From contig JALOTN010000004.1 of NCBI GenBank assembly GCA_025457885.1, forward strand, positions 10,875 to 74,874: 64,000 nucleotides of DNA. Reading direction: 5' to 3'. Shown here piece by piece: positions 10,454 to 19,257 of this stretch. The notes beneath the pieces were generated by a model. That model searched no databases. It saw only the letters and a list, made by a program, of their open reading frames with translations, and had not been told where the DNA came from. A program made the position numbers and the translations under genes. Position 1 is the stretch's first letter, and each line of letters starts with the position of its first letter. Source of the stretch: Thermoplasmatota archaeon. GTDB taxonomy: Archaea > Thermoplasmatota > E2 > DHVEG-1.

Positions 10454-11787
10454 TTCAGCAGGAACGCATCCAGCAGCTCAATTCTCATTCCATCGGCTCA
10501 GGAGATTATGTACTCTACTGGATGCAAGCATCACAACGAATTCTAGATAATCATGCGTTACAATACGCGATACAGAAAGCCAATGAATACCAGAAACACC
10601 TCGTAGTTTTTTTTGGTTTGACACCTTCTTTTCCCGAGGCGAACCAAAGACATTACACTTTCATGCTTGAAGGTCTCAAAGAAACACAACAATCGCTTGA
10701 AAAACAAGGTATCACTTTTATCATTCAACCAATCTCACCAGAACAAGGAATCAAGAGACTCGCAACAGATGCATTACTCCTTGTCGTCGATAGAGGGTAC
10801 CTGCGTATTCAACGACAATGGAGACAGATAGTAGCCCAGCAGGTGCGTTGTCCACTACTCCAAGTTGAGACGGATGTCATCGTCCCCATTGATGTTGTGT
10901 CACAGAAAGAAGAATATGCGGCTGCAACCATCAGACCAAAGATACTGAAAAACCTAGAAAAGTTCCTGGTCCCCATCGAACCAGAACCACTTCAAAAAAC
11001 CTGTACGATGCATCATTTCGACTCACTTGACCTTTCGGACATACCCCGTCTTATAACGAACCTTCAAATCGATTCAACCGTGAAACCATCCGCACTATTT
11101 CATGGGGGGACGTCTGCTGCATTGCGATTCCTCCGTCGATTCATCACCCAGAAACTACCATGTTTTTCTGAGTTAAGAAATGACCCGAGCAAAGAATTTT
11201 GTTCCTATCTTAGCCCGTATCTTCATTTCGGTCAAATCTCCCCCTTAACGATCGCATTGAAAATTCGTGCAACAAAGGACCCCAACACTGACGCATTCCT
11301 CGAAGAACTCATCGTGCGAAGGGAGCTGAGTATGAACTATGTATACTTCAACAAAGACTATGATTCCTTCGCTGGTTTACCCTCATGGGCGAAGACAACG
11401 CTTCTCAACCATGTAAAAGACCCTCGACCGTATCTTTATACCGAAGAGGAACTTGAGACTGCAAAGACTCATGACCCGTTCTGGAACGCGGCTCAACGAG
11501 AAATGACACAGACAGGGAAGCTGCAAGGATATATGCGGATGTATTGGGGGAAGAAAATCATTGAATGGACTTCATCACCACAGGAAGCTTTTCAACTGGC
11601 TCTCCGGTTGAATAACAAATATGAACTGGATGGAAGAGACCCCAATGGATTCGCTGGTGTCGCCTGGTGCTTTGGGAAGCACGACCGAGCATGGAAGGAA
11701 CGACCGGTCTTCGGGAAAGTCCGTTACATGAATGACGCGGGTCTGACAAGGAAATTTGATATGACATCCTATATCAGGAACTTATAA
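10450..11787 (+). CDS. phr: Class II CPD deoxyribodipyrimidine photolyase
   Basis: 445 aa. YVLYWMQASQRILDNHALQYAI near the N-terminus and the C-terminal FAD-binding region (GYMRMYWGKK, W-rich) match class II photolyases of archaea/metazoa. Confidence 0.85.
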   Translation: MIQQERIQQLNSHSIGSGDYVLYWMQASQRILDNHALQYAIQKANEYQKHLVVFFGLTPSFPEANQRHYTFMLEGLKETQQSLEKQGITFIIQPISPEQGIKRLATDALLLVVDRGYLRIQRQWRQIVAQQVRCPLLQVETDVIVPIDVVSQKEEYAAATIRPKILKNLEKFLVPIEPEPLQKTCTMHHFDSLDLSDIPRLITNLQIDSTVKPSALFHGGTSAALRFLRRFITQKLPCFSELRNDPSKEFCSYLSPYLHFGQISPLTIALKIRATKDPNTDAFLEELIVRRELSMNYVYFNKDYDSFAGLPSWAKTTLLNHVKDPRPYLYTEEELETAKTHDPFWNAAQREMTQTGKLQGYMRMYWGKKIIEWTSSPQEAFQLALRLNNKYELDGRDPNGFAGVAWCFGKHDRAWKERPVFGKVRYMNDAGLTRKFDMTSYIRNL

Positions 11788-11819
11788 AACATCACTCAGA
11801 GGACTTTTTTTTATGAGAT

Positions 11820-12461
11820 TTATGGCACATGCAGTTCTTTGTCATGACGTATTAATGGAGTGTTGATTAAGGCTCTGAGGAAATCTATCGGGGGAAACTG
11901 TTCTTTATACCCAAGGACTGCGACATAGTCCCCTCCTTTCTGGTAGGGGTCCCAATAATAGACGGAATACGTCCCTGTAATGTTGATCGTCTCATCGAAC
12001 CGTGGGCCTTGATAGTATGATTTTCCACCAAATAGCTCATAGAACTGATCCCGTGGGCTCCCCGGTGGAGCATCTGCTTTTATGATCACGCCACACCCCT
12101 CAGGGATCTCAAATGGTAGGGTCTGATTGGGTGGGGGGAGTCCAGGACCAACCAAGGCAAACCACGGAGTGAAATTCGCATAGAACCCATCACAGACCGG
12201 GACAATAACCTCAAGGAAAATCTGTAATGGCTTGTCTTGTATATTGAACTGGTATACATCGATGTCTGTTGCTGGATTTACCCAGTCGGTCTCCAACCAG
12301 GAATACACTGCGATTGATTGGGTGATTGATCTTCTCACCTTGAATGGTTCTTCAATGGTCGAATCCCGACGTTCCAGATAAGGAACGTGAGCAAGAACGG
12401 TCGGCATAAAAAATAAGAAGCTGCTTATGATTACAAAGATAAACAAGCGTAACCTTTTCAT
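11820..12461 (-). CDS. Secreted hypothetical protein
   Basis: 213 aa with N-terminal signal peptide (MKRLRLFIFVIISSFLFFMPTVLA). No recognisable domain. Confidence 0.4.
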   Translation of the reverse strand: MKRLRLFIFVIISSFLFFMPTVLAHVPYLERRDSTIEEPFKVRRSITQSIAVYSWLETDWVNPATDIDVYQFNIQDKPLQIFLEVIVPVCDGFYANFTPWFALVGPGLPPPNQTLPFEIPEGCGVIIKADAPPGSPRDQFYELFGGKSYYQGPRFDETINITGTYSVYYWDPYQKGGDYVAVLGYKEQFPPIDFLRALINTPLIRHDKELHVP

Positions 12462-12550
12462 AATATCCTAACTCATTAACCATATATAAATATTTTTTTC
12501 CCTATAATTTTTGATTTTCGTAACAATCCCAAAAAGCAGATAAAGCCAAA

Positions 12551-13507
12551 ATGATTTCATTGTATCAAAAACGTGGGGAGAATGTATCCATGTCTGATAT
12601 GAAAATCATGTGTCCGAAATGCCGCCATCAGTTCAATACCACAGGTGCACCAAACGAAAAAATCTATGTCACCTGTCCCTCCTGTAAGACCTATGGGACG
12701 TTTCTGGTCCCAGCAGGAGCCTGCGACCCGAAGAAAGTGGAATGTTTCACAGATATAGGAGATACCCGTTTTCGGAAATTACGGATTTTTAATGCCGTGA
12801 TGGGTGTCATCCATATGATTCAGGGGATCCTTATGCTTATTCTGAGTAATTCTTTTACCTTACCTCTTTGGTACACACGCCCAGAGTATAACGCGGTCAC
12901 CAACACGATTTCACCTGTTTCAGTGGAATTTTTGAAGCTTCCAATTGGACCACTTGTCGCCTTGTTCCTCTTCATGTCGGCAACAGCACACATCCTCCTT
13001 TCCACGGTGCTGTACAAATGGTATGTGAACAATCTGAAGAATCATATCAATCCTGCCCGTTGGTATGAATACTCTTTAAGTGCGTCCCTTATGATTTTCC
13101 TTATTGCCATGTTGGTCACGATTTATGATTTTGGAACGTTACTTGCGCTATTCACCTTGACAGCCGTGATGAACCTTATGGGGTTAATGATGGAGCTTCA
13201 TAATCAGACGACGACAAAGACGAAATGGACGTCGTTTAACATCGGATGCCTCGCAGGATTCATCCCTTGGGTTGTGATCTTCATCCCTCTGGTGATGGCG
13301 TCATCAGTCCCGGATTTTGTCATTGCGATTTTTATTACGATCGCGGTGTTCTTCAACCTCTTCGCCATCAACATGTTCCTTCAGTACAAGCGAATTTGGA
13401 AATGGAAGGATTACCTCTATGGTGAGCGGATGTATATCGTCCTCAGTCTGGTTGCTAAATCTGCTCTCGCCTGGCAGGTGTTCGCCGGAACCCTTCGACC
13501 AATGTAA
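12551..13507 (+). CDS. Heliorhodopsin with N-terminal zinc-ribbon domain
   Basis: 318 aa. Residues ~75-318 align closely with heliorhodopsin 48C12: FNAVMGVIHMIQGILMLILSN, WYEYSLSASLMIFLIA, GCLAGFIPWVVIFIPL, and the TM7 retinal-lysine motif YIVLSLVAKSALAWQVFAGTL, which is near-identical. The N-terminal ~60 aa carries CPKC...CPSC (C4 zinc ribbon). Confidence 0.85.
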   Translation: MISLYQKRGENVSMSDMKIMCPKCRHQFNTTGAPNEKIYVTCPSCKTYGTFLVPAGACDPKKVECFTDIGDTRFRKLRIFNAVMGVIHMIQGILMLILSNSFTLPLWYTRPEYNAVTNTISPVSVEFLKLPIGPLVALFLFMSATAHILLSTVLYKWYVNNLKNHINPARWYEYSLSASLMIFLIAMLVTIYDFGTLLALFTLTAVMNLMGLMMELHNQTTTKTKWTSFNIGCLAGFIPWVVIFIPLVMASSVPDFVIAIFITIAVFFNLFAINMFLQYKRIWKWKDYLYGERMYIVLSLVAKSALAWQVFAGTLRPM

Positions 13508-13567
13508 GACAAACCATCCTCATCCATTCTTCAGAGTAATGAGTAAAACCCCGGAGAATCAGTACCA

Positions 13568-14209
13568 ATGAGCAGCGGCGCGGGTAACCCAGGTATAATA
13601 GATGTCCCCTATTTCCAGCAGACGCGGACCGCAACCTGTGGTCCTGCGTGTCTGATGATGGTGATGAACTATTGGGATTCTTCTTTTGATTTATCAAGGA
13701 AGATGGAATTCCGACTTTGGACACAGAGTTACTCATTGTTTTTACTTGGTGGAACATTTCAATATGAGTTGGCATCCACCGCCGCAGCTTATGGTTTTCA
13801 CCCGGAGATTTCTCAAAAGACAGGATTCTCCACAGAATACCCACGATTCCCACAACTTGCGACACTGATTGAAAACATGGTCTCTTACAAGGCGCGTCGT
13901 ATGAACATCCCTATCCATTATGGATCTGAGAATATTACAGTGATCCGTAAAGCGCTTTCTGAGAACATCCCACCGATTGTTTTTATCAATCTGTTGCCTC
14001 TTCTTGGTGAGAATGTCCTCCATTGGGTCGTTGTCACTGGACTAGATGAACAGTTGGTTCATATAAACGATCCATACATCCCTAAAGGTTTTTTAGGGAA
14101 ACAAAAGAAAAACCATCCTGTTCCAAGAGACGTTTTTTTAAAAGCGATGGAAACACAAACCGGTCGTATCTACCGACTCCCACCATGTGTCGTCCTCATT
14201 AAACCATAG
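13568..14209 (+). CDS. Peptidase C39-like (papain-fold cysteine peptidase) domain protein
   Basis: 213 aa, apparently cytoplasmic. Catalytic Cys context QQTRTATCGPACLMMVMNYW, downstream His (LHWVVVTGLD) and Asp (INDPY) are consistent with a C39-like triad. Confidence 0.5.
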   Translation: MSSGAGNPGIIDVPYFQQTRTATCGPACLMMVMNYWDSSFDLSRKMEFRLWTQSYSLFLLGGTFQYELASTAAAYGFHPEISQKTGFSTEYPRFPQLATLIENMVSYKARRMNIPIHYGSENITVIRKALSENIPPIVFINLLPLLGENVLHWVVVTGLDEQLVHINDPYIPKGFLGKQKKNHPVPRDVFLKAMETQTGRIYRLPPCVVLIKP

Positions 14210-14274
14210 AAACACAATTGGGGTTTTCTTTTGAAACGAACCTTTAAATGACCCTAATGTTTTGATGATTCATC

Positions 14275-15564
14275 ATGCGGATTCTTATCACGGATGAAAT
14301 GAGCCTTAGTACGGTCTTTACTCCTTTTGATCGTTCGTTTCTCTATTCGTTTTCATTTATTCCAACTGTGATTACTGCACGACAGTTGGCTGCGGTGACA
14401 CCCTCAGCCCATCTAGTGACAATCCAAGAAGGAAACCGACCTATCGATTATGATGCATCCTATGATGTGGTACATATAAATTTCAAAACCGCGCTTGCTC
14501 CCCGGGCGTATGAGGTTGCTGATGCGTTCCGGAAGAGAGGAAATCGTGTCATCCTCAGTGGGTATCATCCCTCTGCTCTGCCTGATGAGGCGATGCAACA
14601 TGCGGATGGAATCATAATTGGTGATGCTATCACCCTCTGGCCGGTCGTGGTAAGAGACCTTGAAAATAATACACTCCGACCTCTGTACACCTCTGCTGAT
14701 ACCCCTGAGACACTAATTCTTCCCTCGACATCTTCTGTTACACTGAAGAGTCTTCAATTGACCAATTCCATTGAGGCGACTCGTGGTTGTCCCCATAAAT
14801 GTGATTTCTGTCAGGATTCAAATATTCGAGATGGATCTATGTTTCGCACCCGGTCTCTTGATGATGTCATTGAAGAGGTCGCCTCCCTTCAGCAAAAAGT
14901 ATTTTTCTTCACTGATTTTTCGTTGACTATCGATTTAGCGTATACGAAAGAGTTGTTTCGTTGTCTACGACCGTTGAAAAAGAAGTTTATCTGCGGCGGG
15001 AACATTGATGTTCTTGGTGAAGATGAAGAGCTGCTTCGATTGTCTCATGAGGCTGGATGCATTGAATGGATCAGTGGTTTTGAAACGTTTTCCCAGGAAT
15101 CACTTGATGGTGCGCATAAAAAATCAAACATCGTGGATGACTATACAAGGGCTGTGAAGAATATCCATAAACACAGGATGGCTGTGTTTGGAACATTCGT
15201 CCTTGGTTTTGATGAAGACACCCCCGATATCTTTCAGACGATGCAAACCCACATTGGGAGGCTTGGGATTGATGCAGTAAATTTTGCTCTTCTCACACCC
15301 TACCCAGGGACTCCCTTGTTCTCGCGGTTAGAAAAAGAGGGACGAATACTCACGAAGGATTGGTCATTATATAATCGGAAGAATGTTGTATTTGCACCAA
15401 AGAACATAACAAAAAAAGAACTGGAGGAAGGATTTCGAACCATCACCCGATCGTTTAGTTCCCTTCCTTCGATGGGATATCGAACCGTCCGAAGTCTAAG
15501 TCTAGGAGTGTATCCCTGTCTAGCAACCTTTGCTGGAAACCTCGGACAATATATGAAAACGTGA
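14275..15564 (+). CDS. B12-binding domain-containing radical SAM enzyme
   Basis: 429 aa. N-terminal Rossmann-like cobalamin-binding region, then radical SAM CxxxCxxC (ATRGCPHKCDFCQDS). C-terminal region typical of the class B family. Confidence 0.75.
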   Translation: MRILITDEMSLSTVFTPFDRSFLYSFSFIPTVITARQLAAVTPSAHLVTIQEGNRPIDYDASYDVVHINFKTALAPRAYEVADAFRKRGNRVILSGYHPSALPDEAMQHADGIIIGDAITLWPVVVRDLENNTLRPLYTSADTPETLILPSTSSVTLKSLQLTNSIEATRGCPHKCDFCQDSNIRDGSMFRTRSLDDVIEEVASLQQKVFFFTDFSLTIDLAYTKELFRCLRPLKKKFICGGNIDVLGEDEELLRLSHEAGCIEWISGFETFSQESLDGAHKKSNIVDDYTRAVKNIHKHRMAVFGTFVLGFDEDTPDIFQTMQTHIGRLGIDAVNFALLTPYPGTPLFSRLEKEGRILTKDWSLYNRKNVVFAPKNITKKELEEGFRTITRSFSSLPSMGYRTVRSLSLGVYPCLATFAGNLGQYMKT

Positions 15565-15583
15565 TCTGAGTGCATAAAAGTCG

Positions 15584-15605
15584 TTTTTTTTTTTTTTTTT
15601 TTTTT
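15584..15605 (+). terminator. 22-nt poly(T) tract 20 nt past the radical SAM stop; putative oligo-T archaeal terminator
   Basis: Uninterrupted T22 at 15584-15605 between convergent genes. Archaeal terminators are oligo-T runs. Confidence 0.45.
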
Positions 15606-15731
15606 AAATAATTTAGACTGGTGGATGTTTACCGAGTTATCTCGATATAAAACCAGATGAAAATGACATCGTTATCAAAATCGCTGATTCAGAAGCAAAA
15701 CACTATTTGTTCTAACAAGAGACATCAAATA

Positions 15732-16700
15732 TTAGGCGATATGACACACATTCGACCCTTCATCGGTGCATATCTGAAGGGTACATTCGATGATATTGTA
15801 TTTCTTCAAAAGATAATCATTTATTTTTGAAATGGCGTCCTCTTGTGTACCCTGGATTTTATTTGACTCAAGCTGCATATGAGCAGAAAACACAAGCATA
15901 TCCGGAGTGATTGACCAGAGATGGACATTATGGAGGTCTCGTATTTCCGGGAAATTCTTTTTCAGATCCTCCGAAATCATAGCGATGTTCAAACCCTTCG
16001 GTGCTGTCTCCAAGAGAATCCTTGTGGAATCTTTTAATACACCCCATGCCCAAAACACGATGATAATGGAAATACCAATACTGACAATTGGATCAATGAA
16101 GATCCAGTTCGTAAACATGATAATTAGAGCTGCGATGACGATACCAACTGATGAGATTGCATCAGCGAACATATGATAAAACACCCCACGGATATTCAAA
16201 TCCTTCTGGTGAGCTCCTCGTAGGATAAGGATGCTTAGGATGTTCACCGTTAAACCGATACATGCGATAAGGAGCATTTCCGTACCAAGAATTTCAATGG
16301 GATGGATGAACCGTAAAACAGCTTCGTAAATGATGATTCCTACGACAACCAGTAGAAATAATCCATTCACAAACGCAGCAAGGACCTCTGCCCTGTACAA
16401 CCCGAATGTTTGATGATGACAGGGTGGTTTCCGTGCGATGAGGATAGCTGCAAGTCCGATAATTAAGGCGAACGCATGGGTAAACATATGCCCTGCGTCA
16501 CTGAACAACGCCATGCTGTTTGTCAGATACCCCCCGATAAACTCTAGGACCATAGCGATAATTGTAATTGACAGAGAAATCATGAGTTTCTTCTGTTCAA
16601 CATGCCGATATTCAAAGAGATGCTCTGCATCGGGAGAACTTTTCTTGTCATCCTTCATAGGTTTTGTCGACTCTTTTCCACTGATACTCCTTGTTTGCAA
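15732..16700 (-). CDS. Cation diffusion facilitator (CDF) family divalent metal efflux transporter
   Basis: 322 aa, 6 TM + cytoplasmic C-terminal domain. CDF signature FSDAGHMFTHAFALIIGL (HxxxD) and a second HD pair in TM5. Confidence 0.8.
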   Translation of the reverse strand: MQTRSISGKESTKPMKDDKKSSPDAEHLFEYRHVEQKKLMISLSITIIAMVLEFIGGYLTNSMALFSDAGHMFTHAFALIIGLAAILIARKPPCHHQTFGLYRAEVLAAFVNGLFLLVVVGIIIYEAVLRFIHPIEILGTEMLLIACIGLTVNILSILILRGAHQKDLNIRGVFYHMFADAISSVGIVIAALIIMFTNWIFIDPIVSIGISIIIVFWAWGVLKDSTRILLETAPKGLNIAMISEDLKKNFPEIRDLHNVHLWSITPDMLVFSAHMQLESNKIQGTQEDAISKINDYLLKKYNIIECTLQICTDEGSNVCHIA

Positions 16701-16728
16701 CGATTTTTAAGCTTTTTTGATTTTTCTC

Positions 16729-18588
16729 TCATATCTCTTGTGGGGGAACAATCGGTAAGGTAAACCGGAAGGTACTACCTTTCCCCAATTCACTGTCTAC
16801 CCATATCTTCCCACCATGGGAAAGGACCACACCTTGCGCTATCGTAAAACCAAGTCCTTCAATCCCTGTGTCAATCTGGTAGAGGATGTCAAAAATCTTT
16901 TTCTGTTTGTTCTTTGGGATGCCTTGACCAAAGTCCTGCACTTCAAAGATGATATCATCGCGTTCTTTATTGACTTTCACAGAGATATTTGATCCTTCCG
17001 GGGAGACGTTGATGGCGTTCTGCAGGAGGTTTACAAGGACCTGTCTGATGCGTTCCTGATCAATCATCATCTCCGGGAGGTCCTCATCGATTTCTTTCAT
17101 GATTTGAATTTGTTTATCTTCTGCTGCGTTTTGTATTGCACCAGTCGCAGTGTGTATCAACCTCTGGATGTCTGTTTTTTCTGGGATGAATTTCATTGTT
17201 CCTGACTCTAGATGAGAGACATCGACGGTGTCCTGGATGAGTTGGTCTAATCGATCGGTGTTTGTGAGGATCACCTCAAGACCCTTTCGTTGTTCTTCTG
17301 TGATGGGGCCAAGGCTTTTCATGAGCAGTATCTCGACGTATCCTTTGATGGTCGCCATGGATGTTCGTAACTCATGAGAGGTGACGCTTAGGAAATTTGA
17401 TTTGATATGATCTAGTTTTTTTAATCGAGTGTTTTGTTGTTCGATTTTCTTTTGTGCTTTCTGCAGTTTCTCCAGCTGGACATGGAGTTCTCCGATGGTG
17501 CGTTTGTATTCATTGGTGTGTTTTTTCAGCATCTGGTTTTCTTTAGCGAGGTCTACGGTGCGCTCCTGGACTTTTTTATCTAACCAGAAATGGGCTTTAT
17601 GAAGCTCCTCTTCGATTTTTTTCCGACCTGTGACATCTTCCATGGTGGAATACACTGAAAGCGTGCCACCGGTCTCATTGAAGCTGAGAAAATCATGAAT
17701 GATGAAGACGCGTGGTTCACCATTCTTGGTAATGTAGGTCCGTTCATGGCCTCCCGCGTAAGGTTTTTTGTTGTTGATTTTTTCTTTGAAGGAGGCTTTT
17801 GCGGCTTCTTGTTCGTCACCGTGGATGTACTCAAAGATTGAGTTTCCAATGACTTCAGTTTTTGTGTAGCCAAACAGGTTGCACCATTTTTCATTGACAT
17901 CCGTAATCGTCCCATCGGACGCAAGGGTATGGTAGGGGACGGGTGCTTTTTCGTAGAGTTGTTTGAATTTTTCTTCGGAGGCTCGTAGGGCGTGTTCCAT
18001 TTGTTTGTTCTGTGTATTGTCTTTGATAATGCCAATTGAGCCAATCACGTTGTTGATACGGTCTTTGAGGACGCTAAGGGAGATGTCGACGTCGATGAAG
18101 GTGTTATCCTTTCTAATCATCTGGGTTTCCATATGGTGTTGGATGCCTTTCTGTCTGATGTTTTCGGAGCGGATTTTCTTCCATTCCTCTGGTGGGTAGA
18201 GGTATTTAACGGGTCGCATTATGAGTTCTTCTCGGGTCAGTCCGAGGAGTCGTTCGGTGTATTTGTTCCAATGAACAATCCGTTCATTCTCATCAGTCAG
18301 CATGATGGCGACCGCGGAGTTGTCAAAGATGATTCGGTATTTTTGGCTTGGGTCTCCCAGGTCAATGGTTCTGATGTCCTCCTCCTTACGGTGTCGGAGG
18401 ATGGTGAATATCGAATCCAGTGGCTCTTCCTCAAGTTCCCTGGGGATGACGATCGTATGTTTTCCTGGGGTGTGGGCTCGTAGTTTTCCCATGCGTTCTT
18501 CTTGTCGTAAGGTCTGGATGATCTCCGGGTCTTCTTTTTTCATGGTTTTCCTCCTGGATTCTTTCCTCTTTTTCTTTTTAACACTCAC
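16729..18588 (-). CDS. Cytoplasmic PAS-domain sensor histidine kinase
   Basis: 619 aa. Lys-rich N-terminus, two PAS-like regions, a coiled coil, H-box SHELRTSMATIKGY, and HATPase_c N/G boxes (NLLQNAINV, QDFGQGIP, GLGFTIA). No adjacent response regulator. Confidence 0.8.
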   Translation of the reverse strand: MSVKKKKRKESRRKTMKKEDPEIIQTLRQEERMGKLRAHTPGKHTIVIPRELEEEPLDSIFTILRHRKEEDIRTIDLGDPSQKYRIIFDNSAVAIMLTDENERIVHWNKYTERLLGLTREELIMRPVKYLYPPEEWKKIRSENIRQKGIQHHMETQMIRKDNTFIDVDISLSVLKDRINNVIGSIGIIKDNTQNKQMEHALRASEEKFKQLYEKAPVPYHTLASDGTITDVNEKWCNLFGYTKTEVIGNSIFEYIHGDEQEAAKASFKEKINNKKPYAGGHERTYITKNGEPRVFIIHDFLSFNETGGTLSVYSTMEDVTGRKKIEEELHKAHFWLDKKVQERTVDLAKENQMLKKHTNEYKRTIGELHVQLEKLQKAQKKIEQQNTRLKKLDHIKSNFLSVTSHELRTSMATIKGYVEILLMKSLGPITEEQRKGLEVILTNTDRLDQLIQDTVDVSHLESGTMKFIPEKTDIQRLIHTATGAIQNAAEDKQIQIMKEIDEDLPEMMIDQERIRQVLVNLLQNAINVSPEGSNISVKVNKERDDIIFEVQDFGQGIPKNKQKKIFDILYQIDTGIEGLGFTIAQGVVLSHGGKIWVDSELGKGSTFRFTLPIVPPQEI

Positions 18589-18839
18589 GCTGACCTACAG
18601 TGAGTCGTATTTGTGGATGAGTCTGAGTGACCCATCGTGATCCCATCAAATTGTATCCCATCAAATTGTATATGAAAAAGGAAACATTTTTTGGTATAAA
18701 ACCATTTGGTTTGTTGCGTGTGTTTTTTCTCTCTCAAAGAATACAGTATTATTTTCAAGGCACTGCATCCGTTCCAACCAGCAGACCCCATTATTTATAA
18801 AAAGAAAAATATATTAATCATGAAAAGAACCATTGAGCT

Positions 18840-19196
18840 ATGAGGTTCCTGAAGGGTTTCTTCATACTCATCCTACTTAGCCTTGGCATCATCGCAATAT
18901 TTTTTCCTGCAGCGGTGTTCGTCCATGAGGCCACTCATTCTCTCCTCTATAGCCTTGAGGGGATAGCGGTGACTTCATTCCATGTTCTTGACCCGGAATC
19001 TGTACATGCTGGTCGATTCGGTTTCATCACCACTGCAACAGAATCCAGATACGGTTCTTTTTTCCATGAGATCGTCGCAACCATCAGCACCTCTCTGTTC
19101 ATCGCTGGTGTCCTCATCTTCTTCCTCTTAGGTATCTTAAAAAAAATAACCATTCACCAATTAGAATGCATAGGAGTACATCGAACCTCCCAATAA
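18840..19196 (+). CDS. Small membrane protein, unknown function
   Basis: 118 aa with hydrophobic N-terminal and C-terminal segments. No motif. Confidence 0.3.
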   Translation: MRFLKGFFILILLSLGIIAIFFPAAVFVHEATHSLLYSLEGIAVTSFHVLDPESVHAGRFGFITTATESRYGSFFHEIVATISTSLFIAGVLIFFLLGILKKITIHQLECIGVHRTSQ

Positions 19197-19257
19197 GACC
19201 TCTCATAGATATCCTCCCTTGAAAAACACAACCTTCTTTTGTAACGCACAACCAAGG

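Noticed and set aside
17580-18640. Multiple 60-150-aa ORFs on both strands inside the histidine kinase gene (e.g. 17580-18044, 18133-18483, 18302-18640)
   Set aside because: They fully overlap a long, well-supported CDS with recognisable HK motifs and show low-complexity or biased composition. Read as spurious antisense or alternate-frame ORFs.
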